Position numbers and translations under genes: made by a program
The notes under the pieces: model-generated
Databases searched by the model: none
What the model was told of the DNA's origin: nothing
What the model saw: the letters and a program-made list of their open reading frames with translations, nothing else
Origin: Antechinus flavipes
Lineage: Eukaryota
Assembly (NCBI RefSeq): GCF_016432865.1
Contig: NC_067403.1
Span: 257,052,001-257,116,000, forward strand
DNA: 64,000 bases
Direction: 5' to 3'
Shown: in pieces, positions 1 through 13,005 of the stretch
Position numbering within the stretch: position 1 is the first letter of the stretch
How the letters are laid out: each line of letters starts with the position of its first letter

Positions 1-479
1 TGACTTGCTGAGCTACCCGAGACAGGTAGGTGAACTCGGGTATCCTGGATGCGCCACCCAACACTGTACCCACTGCAGACCACCTACATGCCCCCAAAGG
101 GAATCATTCTTATAAAGACTTCTGGGACATACAGGATCCCCCCCTTTCCAAAGAAGCTCCAGAAAGGCTGGCCTAAGCCGCTACCCAAGGCAAAAGGGAT
201 GGGGAGGGTGCGAAACGCCAATGTGTGGGCTGGGATGCCCCCGAGCCTGGCAATACACCACACTCGGCCTGAAGCTTGATGAGAAGGTAGGAGCCCTGGC
301 AGAGACTCAGTTCTGTTGTTTTACAAAGCAGGAACAGGAGGCTCAGAGAAGCTAAGTGCTTTGTCCACAGTCACAGAGCCAATGAGTGGTAGAAGGCCTC
401 TGAGTCTGACCTACTGACTCCCAGCCCAGGAAACACACACAGTCCTTCACAATCTGGGACCGAGGAGGAGAGTAAATAC

Positions 480-1500
480 TTAACTGATTACTTGTGGCCA
501 AGATGGCTTCCTGAACAGAGCGCCGAGCTGCCCTGCAAAAACCCCAAAGGCCCCACATCTCACATGGATCCTACCTCGGTCGGCAAAGACCTTGCCAGAA
601 AACCCATAGGCCCCGGAAGACAGGTTTCCAGCAAATCTGGTCCTGCCTCCCAGCAGAGGCGATAACCAAGGGAAAGTCCCTGCAAAAGGCCCGGGGGTAG
701 CTGCGGCCCACAGAGAGGAAAACGCTGACACTATGTCGGTTCCAGCACAGGGGAGAGGGCCAAAGTCCCTCCTTTACAAGTCCTCTGTCCATACCTCACT
801 GGGTTGATTGTTGTTCCAAGTCAAGCAAGATAATGTATGGAAAATATTTTTCAAACCTTAAAATTTCTAAAATTGTCAGTTATTATTATTATTGTCTCTT
901 AAAATAAAACTTTTGAAAAATCAAAAAAAAAAAAAAAAAAAAAACAAGTCCTCTGGACCCAGGGGGGCCTAGCTCTGGCAGGTATGAGAGGGAGGGGCTA
1001 ACTCTGGCAGGTATCCAGGGGGGGCCTAGCTCTGGCAGTCACACTAGGGACCCTGGGGGCCCAAACTCTGGCAGGGACCCAGGAGGGGGCCCTAACTGAC
1101 AGCCCACACAGAGCTCTCCCAGAACAAAGCCCTGGTTTAGGATCTAAAGATGGAGAGATGAGCAAACCAAGAAAACACTCCCCAGAATTACCAATGTCAT
1201 AGACCTAGTGACAAATAAAGGGAATGTATGAAATCCAAAGAGCCAGAGTAGAAGAGTCAACCTCCTTCCAACTGCAGAGACAGGGAGGAATGACCTTTCC
1301 CCAAGGGGTGTTTGAACAGCCCAAGAGTAAAGGATGGAAGGGGAAGAAGCAGCAGAGGAGCTGAAGGTCAAAGGTTGGCACAAGAGGCCCCACTGAGTCG
1401 GAGACACGGAAAACAGCAAGATGGAGGGAAAGAGACCGAAAGCAGGGGAGAGCGTCAGCACCAGGCCGCGTCAGCACAGGAAGCTTGAAAAGCAGTCTGG
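480..1500 (+). mobile_element. Degenerate L1-like 5' UTR and ORF1 start, with a short internal tandem repeat (GGGGCCTAGCTCTGGCAG-type units, ~960-1100)
   Basis: Starts with GGCCAAGATGGC, similar to the L1-like start at ~27115. Followed by an ATGAGCAAACCAAGAAAA ORF1-like start near 1158. No intact ORF. Confidence 0.45.
776..955 (+). mobile_element. 156-bp L1-mediated insertion of a polyadenylated transcript 3' end
   Basis: 12-bp TSD ACAAGTCCTCTG at 776-787 and 944-955. Insert has a MIR-like tail, AATAAA at 903-908 and a poly(A) run of about 22 nt. Confidence 0.75.
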
Positions 1501-3005
1501 ATCCATCATTTCCAGAAGGCCCAAATAAGACTGCTCAGGTCTATTCAGAACAGTAATGACTGGCTCTTACACGGGATTTTGCAGTTTGCAAAGCCCTTTA
1601 TATGTCCTCTCATCCATCCTCACAACAGCCCTTGAATGCTGGGTACTAATATCATTCCCATATTGCAGGTGGCTAGTCCATAGCTGAGGCAGGACCGGAA
1701 CTCAGGTGTTCCTGACTCAGACCCCAGGAAAAGCACAGAAGAAAAAGAACCAAGAATATCACTGAGCTCACGTGTCACAGAAGAGATTCTGCAGCCAGAA
1801 AGAAGCAGGATCTCGCAAGACCTGGAAGCTTCTACCAGAAGAGAGAAGAGTTGGGAATATGATATTCCAAAGAGCAAAAGACGTAGAGACCCAGCTCCCA
1901 GAATAACTTTGCCTGCAAAGCTAAATATGATCTGATATTTAGAGGTGGGGGCGGAATGGACTGTGGGGGAACCTCTAAACATTTCTAATGAAAACACCGA
2001 AAAGCTGACTAGGAACTCGGAAATGCAGCCCCAAGAGAAACCTAGAAAAGTCAATGTGATCCAATGGAAGGAGCTTCATCATACGGTTAGTATCCTAACA
2101 GGAGGAGGAGAAACTGAGGTGCTTCCAGACCCCAAGATCTGAGGCTCTGAAGCAGGCGGACAGCTTCTCATCGTTGGAGGATCTTAGTGGAAGAAAGAGA
2201 AAGGAGGCTGAAAGCAGGAGGAAAGAAGAGGGAGGTGGGATTAGCTGTTTTTCAATCAGAGGAGAAGAAGGGAGTACAAACACGGGGGAAGCCCAGACGG
2301 AGGCGTTCCCTCTTCTCTGACTGATGAAGGGTTTACACACATGGAGAAATGCAGAAGAGGATGCAGGAGAGGGTTAAGGGGGAGGATGATCCAGGGAGGG
2401 ATAATAATCACAAGCAAAACAAACTTCCTGAAGGCAGTATTAAGGGGAGGTGAAGAAAATCAGGTATTAAAATCCGAGGGAGGGCCCTTCTTTCAGGAAG
2501 TAACAGAGCAAGCCAAGATCTGTGCCCGTCATGGGCTAGTGTTTCACTGTAAGAAGAGAGAATCCTGGGAAGTCCGGCCTATGCAGGGTCAAGTGAGCCC
2601 AACTGGGAGAACTATTTCTACACAGACAACGCAGAAAACTTAAGACTGCTGCCTGAGGCAATAACCTTCGTGCTTCCAGAGGACCTGGAATAAATAACAC
2701 CCTCATCGAGTGTGTTACTCACTTTTAGGGATGAAGGCAGAGGAGCAGGAAGAAGGACCAGGCCGGCCCCTCTCGGGATTTGTTCGCTTCACTAAATTTC
2801 TCTCTGGGGTTTAAGGGCTGAGGGAAGAGTCACAGTGGTAGCAAAGAGAGGCCCACCACGGACACCTTCCTTTAATTCCGGCAAGAGAACAGAAGTTCAG
2901 GAGAACAGACAAGAGGGACAGTTCTGAAAGAGGGAAAAAGGCAAGCAGGATAAAACAGACACTCTCTGTTTCGTACACAAGCGTCTTTTTGTGTTCTACA
3001 CTCAC

Positions 3006-3031
3006 AGGAGCGCATGAGGTTTGGGGTATTT
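3006..3031 (-). other. Candidate 26-nt internal exon of the minus-strand gene
   Basis: Minus strand reads ttgtttgtttttattctgaacag|AAATACCCCAAACCTCATGCGCTCCT|gtgagt: T-rich acceptor and consensus donor. No protein match recognised. Confidence 0.3.
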
Positions 3032-6000
3032 CTGTTCAGAATAAAAACAAACAACAGCTAAAAATACTTCATTCTGAGCTTGGTTTAGTTCTCAGAGCAG
3101 CCGGAAGGCCTTGCCCTTTCTTACCACAGTACGAGTTCTAGAACTCTTTACTTAGAGCGGGGCCCAAAGCGAACAAGTGGCCGGTGGCCCGGGCTCTGGC
3201 CGAGGTCTGCCCTGGGCCAGGCTGCCCAACAGCTGACCTCCAGTCCACAGAGCATCCTTCCAACTCGCCCTGACCCAGGCCCCAGGACTGCTCCTCCCCA
3301 TCACTTGCTACAGGGTCCATGTCTCCCCACACCTTTCCTCCTCCTCCCCTCCCCCCCCCCCAGCCTTTCTCTTCTCCAGATTTAACAGGCCTGGGTCCTA
3401 AAATCAATCTTAATCAAGCAATCGGGCCCAAGATCTTGGGTTCATCATCTCTAAAATGGAAAGGTACAGACCAGGCAGCTGGGGCTTTTGAGGACCCTCC
3501 CGTCTCCCTCCTGGCCTCCTTCTGAGGAGGTTCATCCTTTGATAAGGATCCCCCTTCTCGTGGCTCAGCAGCCGTCCTGGCTCACCACTGTCCCCTTGTC
3601 CTGGCCAAGTTCATTCCCTGAAGGCAGGTCTAAGACTTTGTCATGTTGCTGCTGCTCAGTCATTTGAGTCGTGTCTGACTCTGGGACCCCACGTGGGGGT
3701 TTCTTGCAGGGACACTGGGGCGGTGGCCATTTCTTTCTCCAGCTCATTCTACAGATGAGGAAACTGAGGCAGACGGGATGAAGGGACCGGCCCAGGGTCA
3801 CACGGCTAGTCGGCGTCTGAAGCAGGATTTGCACTCAGGCCGAGGCGTCTCCCTGGCCCCAGGCCCAGCGCTCTACCCACTGTCATGACCAATATCACAT
3901 GGCTTGCCTTCTCCCGGTATTGAAGATGCAGAAAAGGCGGGGAGAATTTAAAACTCAAAACTTTTGCAATGCAACTGGGAGATATTTACGAAATATGTTT
4001 TAAAATCTGTAGGACTCTGCACTGACCCTCCTGAAGTCCCTGCGCTGGAAGCGGCCTGAACCCGTCGGGACCCTTCTGGGGGCTGACTCCACTACGCAGA
4101 ATGCCAACGCTCACTCGGACTGGGCAAGCGCCGCCTCCGCCTTTATCTAGGCCAGCCAACAGCACCCAGGAAGGGCTGGGCTGGGAGCCTCGCGTCCCCG
4201 GGCTCCCGGCGGGATGTTCCTGCACCAAAGGAGACCAAGGCAGGGCTGCCCTGTAGCAAACAGCCCTTGAGGGCTCTGTTCCCAACTGTTCCCGGACTGG
4301 CAGCCGAGCTCGCCAGCCTAGAGTTTCCTCGGGCCCCTGTCCTAGCCTCACAAACTTTCAAAATCCCCACGAGGCTCGGGAGTTGCCTCCTTTGCCTTCT
4401 CTGTCCTGAGGACGCTGTTTGTCAGGGCTGAGGCTGACTTCCAGGCCACGGCAACCCTTTACTGCCTTTCCCCAGGCAGCTCTGCACGCCCCCGGGAGAG
4501 CAGCTGCGAGCAGCCCCCTCCCAGCCCCCTTCTGGGTCACACTCCCCAGAACTATCGCCTTCCCTGTCCCGCTACGTCCCTCAGGGCCGTAGACATTCTG
4601 GGCCCCAGAATTCAACTTGGACGCTGTCTGAAGGCCAGGCCCTTCCTCCTGAGCCCGCGTCCCAGGGGAGCCCAGAAGGGAGCAGGGTTCTCCAAGGTCA
4701 CGCTGGCACAAGCGCTGGGGGCCCGGGGAGGGTCCACGTGGCTGAGGCATGAGGTCCGCGCTCCCAGGGCCGGGAAGGCTTTGCTGGGCTTGTTATCAGG
4801 ATCATGTTCCCCACAGCATCTGTCAAAGATTCCACCCGCCTCAGGAAAGTTACAGAAGGGCCCGCACCAGCCAGCCTCGGCCGCGGGGAACCCTCAGGGC
4901 TGCGCAGGGCCCGGGGCTCGCACCTGGAGGAGCCGGTCCCCCACGCGGACGGAGGCGGGCGCCCTCTGGCAAAAGTGGAGATGGGGAGCGGGCCACGCCA
5001 GAGCCGGGCTCCGGGCCCTTGTTCTCGTGGGCCATTTCGGCCATGTCTGACTCCGTGAGCCCACAGATACTGGAGGGTTGGCCATGTCCTTCTCCGGCTC
5101 ATTTTACAATGAGGAAACTGAGGCAGACTGGCTGAAGGGACTTGCCCAGGATTAGACAGCTTGCAAGTGTCTGAGGCTGGATTAGAACTCCCATCGAAGT
5201 CCAGCTCTCTGTGAACTATGGCACCCCCTGAAATCACCCACCGCTCTCTCACTGCTATGGCCCATCTGTCCCACTTCCATAAGGGGTTCCTATGGTAGGG
5301 TTCCAAGGTCCACCAGCAGCCCGAACTGCTGGGCCGGGGGCCAGGCGAGCCCCCTCCCCAGCCCGGGCTCTGCCTTCTCCCCCGGTCCTCCCCAGGAGCA
5401 CCGCCTGCTGTCTGCTCTGCTGCCTCCCCAGACCGAGCCCTGCCCCCACCTGGGCCAGGCCATCTGCTTGCTATTCCTCCCACGGCCCGGAGTCTGCCTA
5501 TTCAGTCCTTCTGGCCGGGAGCCCGCCACCCTTCCAGCCCTGCTCAGCTGGGAGCTCCTTTCCTCTGCAGCGTCCGAGCCTGAAGGAGCGCAAGGATGGG
5601 AAGGCGCTCCTCCACGGCCGGCGCTGCCGCTCAGGACCGTCCTGCAGGCTGGTGTCCGTCGGCTCAGGGGCAGGCTCCCCATTTCCCAAGGCTGGGAGAA
5701 GACTTCCCAAGGCCGAGCCCCGTCCCTCCCCTAACAGAAGGCCTGCCAGGCTCCAAAGTGCTTTCTGAAGGACAATGGCCGAGTCCTAAGGCCAGGGGTG
5801 CAGAGTGGATAATGAAAGGGCCTCTGGATGGAGGAGCCCTCTGGGGGGGCCTGCGCCTCATTAATCACCGTGTCAGTCAGCCCCCAGAAGAAGCCAGCCT
5901 CAAAGTCACCCTCTGTCCTCGCCTCTCCCTGGTGGCCAATCAGCTGCCCCGGCGGGCCCACCCCCCCACCCCCCATCTCTGGCTCCGTGGCACTGATCCA

Positions 6001-6798
6001 GGCCAGGGCCTTATCGGGCCTCTCCAGCAGGACCACACTCTCCCCACCTCCAGGCTCCACCTTCTCCCATCCGTCCTCCGCCTCCTTCTCAGCTCAGTCT
6101 GTCAAAAGGGGACCATTTCAAAACGAGCAAACACCAAGGCCTGACAAAGACTCGGACAGCCCCTGGGTGGGAAGCTCAAAAGCTGAGAAGTTTCAGGCAA
6201 CTCCACAGAGCTTGGCCTCCAGCACAGACATTGCTGGGGGGCGAGGGGAGGGGCGGGCAAGGCGTCCGCACCCCGAAGACTCAACTGGGCAGGGAGCGTC
6301 TTTGACCAGAGCTCCCCTTGGTCTCTTCCCAGGAGAAGGGCAAGGGGAATTCACACAGGAGCATCTTCAGGACTGAAGGGGAAACAAGGAAAGCAGGACA
6401 ACCGTCCTATCTGAGGGAAAAAAGCAATGACAAAGTCAAGCTGTCTATCCCCTGCAGGTGAGCCTTTCGGCCACAACGCAGACCCCAGTGAAAGTCTCCG
6501 TCCCATCTTTTTCTAAAGTCCGAGGCTCCAGATCCCAAAGTCGAATAAAACAGACCCGGCAAGAGGGAATCGGAAACAATGGGATCCAATAAGCCAGCAT
6601 CCCATAAAGCAGAAAACATAAAGTACTTAGGAAAGAATCCCAGGCTGATTAAAAATGCTGGAGAAACTGGAAAGCAGCCAGGCAGAAATTAGCTCAGTCC
6701 TTTACGCCACCTTCCACAATACTTTCTGAATGATACATGACCTTAATACCAAAGATCACATTAACAAAGATTAGAAGAGAAGCGGATGACAGGGATGA

Positions 6799-6823
6799 GT
6801 GTGTGTGTGTGTGTGTGTGTGTG
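6799..6823. repeat. (GT)n microsatellite
   Basis: Direct dinucleotide run. Confidence 0.95.
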
Positions 6824-7039
6824 AGATACATGTTAACTGTTAACACATGTATCTTGGAGACCAAACCCTTATCAGAAAAATCTGAAAAAAATCATCTTCC
6901 CATTCAACTACTTCCCTTCTGACTGAAGCTGCATTAATTTTGTCTATACAGAAGTTTATGTATTCTTACCCAAACGAGTGATAGATGCCTTTATATAGGA
7001 TAAAAATAGAAAACTCTGGCTTCAAGCTATTCCCCAATT

Positions 7040-7800
7040 GACAAGAGCCCAAAAGACACGGACAGATCTCCGAAGAAGACAACTACGTGAAGGGATTCAC
7101 TAATAAGCCTTTAAAGAAAACCAAAACAACTCTGCGGTTTCACGTCATCACCGGCAAGTTGGTTAAGATGACGGCAATCCGGTTTGTGGAATGACAGGCA
7201 CACAAGGGCAACGCCGGGAGAGCCGTGCCCCGGTGAGGCCATTTTGGAAAGTCATTTGGAATCGTGCAAATAAAAGTGAATTAAACGTGCGTATCCCTGG
7301 ACTCTGAGCCTCCATTACGGCCTTATGCTCCAAGGAAGTTCCGGATAAGAACAAAGTCCCCACATATGCCAAAATGCTTATAGCAGCCCTTTCTGTGAGA
7401 GCAAAGAAGTGGAAACAAGAGTCCATGTCCCTTGCCTGGGGAATGACTAAACCGAGCTTGGTTTCTGAATAGAATGGAATAGTCCCGTTCTCTAACAAGT
7501 ATGATAAATCTACACAGAGATCTAAATGAACCGATGCAGAGCCAAGAAAACACTTCACACAATGACTACAACAATGGAAATGCAAAGAAACTCGTGCAAA
7601 AAAATCAGAAGTGAATGTCGTAAACTTATTTTAAAAATTATGGCTCCAAAGAAATATGAAAAGACATTCCCAACCTTGCGCTTCATGGAGGTGGGAGGTC
7701 CACAGCTGTTACTTGTAGGCATGTTTTCAGACTTTTTCAATATATATTAATCAGCTGTGATTTTTATTTCCTTTTCCTCTTCTTTTTCTTTTTTTAAAAA
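7040..7800 (+). mobile_element. Old L1 ORF2 C-terminal/3' UTR remnant
   Basis: Degenerate L1 motifs (ACAACTCTGCGGTTTCAC, ATAGCAGCCCTTTCTGTGAGAGCAAAGAAGTGGAAACAA). No open frame. Confidence 0.55.
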
Positions 7801-10146
7801 CCTTTTAAAAATACTCTTGGGTTGGCTCTCTGGAAGAGGGAAGGGGAGGGATACCAGGGGAATTTAAGATGATGTAAAAAACAAAAGACATCAATTAAAA
7901 CCCATTGAAAACAAAAAACAAAGACCAACATAACTAAATTTCTCTGACAGGAAGAAGAGAAATCGGGTTGGGGGATAGGAGTAGAGAAGAGACTGTATAG
8001 AATTGACAGAATTACAGAAGAATTTAAATTAATCAGAATTTTTCTTCTCTCCCTGAAACTTTTAGGAAAAAATCTTAAAGAAACAAATCTTGATTTAAAA
8101 GGGTTTCCTTTAAAAAAAAAAAAACATTTCCAGGGTCAGTCCTAAGGAAACTAGCCCAGGAAAGTCCTAAGCACAACAGTCTGGTCCCTGCTGGAGGCTT
8201 CCGAACAATGAACAAGTGCTTATTTGTGTGACCCCCTTGCACAGGGCCATGCTCAACTCCTCAGTGTTGTCCCCGATTTTAGTATATCTACTGCCGAATT
8301 TAGTCAAAGGCCCCAACCTTGGCTGCCCAGAGTCCATTCCTTCTCCCAGAGGTCAAATTATACTTAAGGACTTCTCACAGAAAGTGCTGGTCCTAAAAAC
8401 CATTTGGTGCTATCGCTTATCTTGGCACTTGTGCCACGACATCACCATTTGCCCAGCCAGAGCGCCCTCAGAACCCCCACCCCGGGCTTGGCCATCTGCC
8501 CTGTAGCTAAATGCTTCCAATTAGATGATAAGGTCTTTGAGAGAAGGGGAGGCTCATTATCCATCTGATTCTGCCCCCCCAGAAGATTTTCTGGTCCATT
8601 CCCCATTAATCCACTTCCCTGAACATTCTGGGAAAGCAGGTTTGACTAGAGCTGGAGGCTTTGTCCGGCCGGGCCTTCCAGGCAGAGATTTCTGCCCTGC
8701 CCCACAACAAGAAGAGGAAGTGCTCGCTTGGGAAGCTGAAGAGGCCTCTCCGAGCTCTTTTGTCCCTTTTGACAAGGTCCGAGTCACTTCTCTGGACACC
8801 TCACTGTCTCCTTGCCCCACTGGCAGCAGCCCTCTCATGCCTCCTCCACGGAGGCCCCCCGACGACCTCTTCTGCACTGGGCTGGGATGAACAAAGCCAG
8901 GGATGAGGGAAGGGTCGCAACAGAGAGGAAGCAGAGCAGCAGAAGGGGATGGAAAACCCGGGCCCCTTCTCTGCCGGCCGCCCCCCATGTAGCCATGTCA
9001 CCTGGAAAGGAGAAACGCTGCCATGATTTCCAGCACTCTCTACCCACTGACGACGCTTCCCGCAACGGTCTTACCCAAAGAACAGCAGGTCCACTCGGAC
9101 TTTCTAACTCCATTCACCCTCAAAATGCTCACTGTCCCCCAGAGACCTCCTCTGCTAAACCTCGAGACAAAGAATTTCAGGGACTGAGTCTCAAGGAGCC
9201 TGTCAAGCTTTCTGGCTCAAAGAAGCCTCCAAGCACAGGATTTGGGGCTGAGAGGGAGCTCCGAGATTATCTAGTCTTCCATTTACAGACAAGGAAATGG
9301 AGGCTGCAGTGGCAGAACTGGAACCCGGATCCTGACCCAAGGCCAGCGCCCTTTCGGTTACGTCGGGCTTCCTTGCAGGAGCGCAGCCCGGTCCCAATTC
9401 ATCTCTGGGGGTCAACTGAGACGGGCCCGGGCTCCTGTCGGCCCGGAGAGTCTTGGATCACAAGGGGACCGGGGGCTCGATCCAAGCGCGGGCACATCTG
9501 ACCAGGAACAGATGGCAGAGAGAGTAACCCAAGTCAGCCGTGGCCCAGCCGCACCACATCAGAGAAAGACACGGTTGCACACACGGGCCACGTGGGTTAG
9601 TTTTCCAGGAGTCAAAAGAGATGTCTCCCTGCCCCGTCTGGACCTGGCTCCACGCTCGGCTGGTGAAGCCGCCCTCTGACCAGCTCCCCCTCAGAAGAGG
9701 GCAAAGTAAAGGGTCACGATGACACGATAATAAGAGCAGGACCCAGGCGGCGCCCCCCCCCAAAACAAAACACCCCCAACAATTTCACAAGCAGTTTTTC
9801 TCAGCCACCCTCTTCCCTGGCAGCGCCAAGGACAGGAGCAGGCACTGGGGTGGCAGGGACATAAAGAGACCTACTGAGGGAGCCTCCGGCACACGGCTGA
9901 GGCTGGGGGGATGGGAGGAGTTTTACAAATTGTTACAAAGGCCTCTTTTTGGTGACTCAGTTTCCTTCTGAAACATTCATGCCCCTTTTTGAAAACCTAA
10001 GCGGGACAGATCCCAAAGAGACACTGAACGGGGCAGGCTCTGTCCTTCCAGGTGAGCCCCGGGGAGCGAACGAAGCAGCAGAACCAAGAGTTCTTAAACA
10101 TATCATTCCTGGGCTCCATGAAACAGGCAGGAAAAAAGCCGGTGAG

Positions 10147-10820
10147 TGTTGGAATCTTTACAAGCTTCTAACTCATTAGAGTTGATAGATTATTGATCTG
10201 ATCTTACAAGAAGATGTTTTGGGCCAGAACCTGAAACAAGGTACTAAGTAGAACTAATTGATACAATGCTTGTGTTCACACCTTTACTCATGGGAGTTCA
10301 CAAGTATGAGAGATTCACAAACTTTGTGATTTCTAACTTTGTGAATTCACACCTCCCTTGAAGCTTTTAGGGCCAGAGAGCACTCTGGGAGAAACCCATA
10401 ATCCCTCTCTCTCGCATCCCACAATTCCTCTCTCTCAAACAAATAGAGCTTCAAAGGGGCCAGTCAGAAGAGTTTTCAGGGGAAGAAGCTACCAGTGGAG
10501 AGTTCAACTGAAGATTGAGAAGGCTCTCTCAGAGGCAAGACAGATTCAACTTGTGCTGGCTCTGGAGCCCGAAGAAAGCAGAGGCAGAAGCAAAGGACGA
10601 AGCGGCAAGAGCTCTTGGAAGCAAGCAGAGAGATAGGTCTCTAAGCAAACTGGGCTATATTGGAGACAATAAAAGATCTGAACTTTTATCACCCGGCTGC
10701 GTTTTGGGGTAATTATTTATTCTTAACTGAAACTAAGGCTGCCTCCAGAAAATCTCCCTTCTCCCAGAGAGAACCATCATCTCATATTTTATTATTTTAA
10801 AGAAGAAAAAGAACACTACA
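10147..10820 (+). mobile_element. Solo ERV LTR (674 bp)
   Basis: TGTTGGAATC...CACTACA termini, exact 6-bp TSD GGTGAG (10141-10146, 10821-10826), AATAAA at 10668-10673. Homologous to 62004-62474. Confidence 0.9.
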
Positions 10821-10897
10821 GGTGAGCTTCCCTCTCACTTCAAGGGAAGTCCCGGAACCTTGATTCATACACACAGTCTTGACTCCACCAAGCAGAT

Positions 10898-11262
10898 CAC
10901 ACCTGCACATGTACCTGCGTGCACACCTGCACACACACCTGCACACGTACCTGCACACAAACCTGCCTGCGCACACACCTGCGCACATACCTGCGCACGC
11001 ACCTGCGCACACACACCTGCACACGCACCTGCGCACACACACCTGCGCACGTACATGCACACGTACATGCGCACACACCTGCACACAAACCTGTGCACGC
11101 ACCTGCGCACATACCTGCACACACACCTGTACACACGTACCTGCACACGAACCTACGCACACACCTGCACACACACTTGCACATGTACCTGCGCACACAC
11201 CTGCGCACACACCTGCACATGTACCTGCGCGCACACCTGTGCACATATCTGTGCACACACAT
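10898..11262. repeat. Degenerate (GCACACACCT)n-type minisatellite
   Basis: Repeated CACCTGCGCACA/CACCTGCACACA units; explains the His/Thr- and Cys/Val-rich ORFs. Confidence 0.9.
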
Positions 11263-11576
11263 GGTGTCACAAATCACAGTTCAAGGCGCTGGGCGGCAGA
11301 CTCTGCGACAGGGCTGGGGGACCCGAGCTGAGCCGTATACACCTTGTTTCTTCACTTGCAGAAAGGGCCTTCTGGGCCCATCTCAGCTCCCAATCTCCCA
11401 TAAAGCTACCAGAACCAACTCAGGTGAGCAGAGGGTTGGGGGGGGGGGGCGCTTTTGTTTCTCTCAGCCTCAGTTCCTTCACCTGTAGAATGAAGATGTT
11501 CTAGTGGGACATGCATCATGCCATGATGGAAAGAAAGCGGGCCTTGGAGTCCTGAAGCTGGAGGTAGGTTCCAGTC

Positions 11577-11717
11577 TTTTTTTCCCCCTGAGGCAATCGG
11601 GATTAAGTGACTTGCCCAGGGTCACAGAGCTAGGCAGTGTTAAATGTCTGAGGCCAGATTTGAACTCAGATCCTCCTGACTTCGGGACTGGTGCTGTACC
11701 CACTACCCAGCTGCCCC
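11577..11717 (-). mobile_element. Marsupial tRNA-derived SINE (Mar1/WSINE/MIR type)
   Basis: Reverse complement of GGGGCAGCTGGGT...GAGTTCAAATCTGGCCTCAGACA...GTGACCCTGGGCAAGTCACTTAA; same family as 38472-38635. Confidence 0.8.
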
Positions 11718-12524
11718 GGTCTTTCTTCTGACTGTAGGGGACTGAGGGGACCCTGAGGGACAAGTCACCACCTCTCCTTCCCCGAGCCACTGCCCAAGAG
11801 CCAGAACTTCTGGGAGGCCCAGGCGGGGCTGTCACGTGGCGTTCTAGACACGGTCGGCCAAGGTAAACGTCCCCTTGGCTATCTACCTCTCACGTCAGCC
11901 GCGGCCACAAAACCCCCGGGCTCCAGACACTCGCGGGCGCTCTCCCTCTCCCCCCCGAGCCCTCGGCCCCTCCCTGGTTCCGTGCATCCTTCTCTGGGCC
12001 CGCGGCCCTAACGCTGGCAGATGTGGTCTCTGGAGGGGAGGTACGCTCTCAGGTTCCCTTCCGCCCGAAGGGCCTAAGCCCAGAGTGCCCGTTACCGGCT
12101 CTAACCTGACTGAACTTCAGCAGAATGAAAAGGCACAAGGATGGCAAGACATCCCCAGCCGGGGGGAGGGGGGAGGGGAGAGAAGCGGCGGGGCTGACCG
12201 GGAAGGGGCCTGGGCAGTGACGTCAGGCCCAGGAGAAGAGGATCCCTGCAGGCCACAGACACTCCCGGAGCCACAGGCCCCACATGGCAAACTCTGTGTT
12301 TATTTGTAGAACATTTCCCAACGGAGGCCATTGTTTTTTCACCCCTGGCAGCTGACAAGCACCGGCCACGCCCTGTCACCTGCAGGAGCGAGCGGGGACA
12401 AGGGACCCGTCACGAGCCCCACGACTGCTGCAAAGTGGGACAGTCTAGGCCCCGGCTTCTTCTTTTTAAAATAGCTTAATAGAAATAATGATGGCGAGCT
12501 CCCCGGGGGCAGAGGGAAGGGTTG

Positions 12525-13005
12525 GCAAAGAGATAGAGACAGAGAGACAGAGGAGAGGAGAGACACAGGCAGGGACAGAGACACAGGGAGACAAACACAT
12601 AAGGAGACAGAGACAGAGACAGAGACAGAGAGGAGATAATTAGAGGCAGAGACACAGAAAAAGGAGGAGGCAGAGAGAGGGAGGGGGGAAGAGAGAGAGA
12701 GACAGAGACAGAGAAACAGAGACAGAGAGAGATAGAGGAGAGGAGAGACACAGGCAGGGACAGAGACACAGAGAGGAGAAGAGTATTAGAGGCAGAGACA
12801 TAGAAAAAGGAGGAGAGAGGGGGAGGGAGGGGGGAAGAGAGAGAGACAAAGAGAGAAAGAGAGAGACAGAAACAGAAAAGAAGAGAAAAAGAGGCAGAGA
12901 GAAGAGAGCTAGAGACACAGAGAAACCTAGACAGAAAGAGAGAGGCAGAGAGAGGAGAGACAGAAATAAACATAGAGAGACACAGAGAGAGAAAGGGGGA
13001 GGGCG
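12525..13005. repeat. (GAGACA)n / AG-rich low-complexity tract with an internal ~190-bp duplication
   Basis: Direct reading. Confidence 0.9.
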
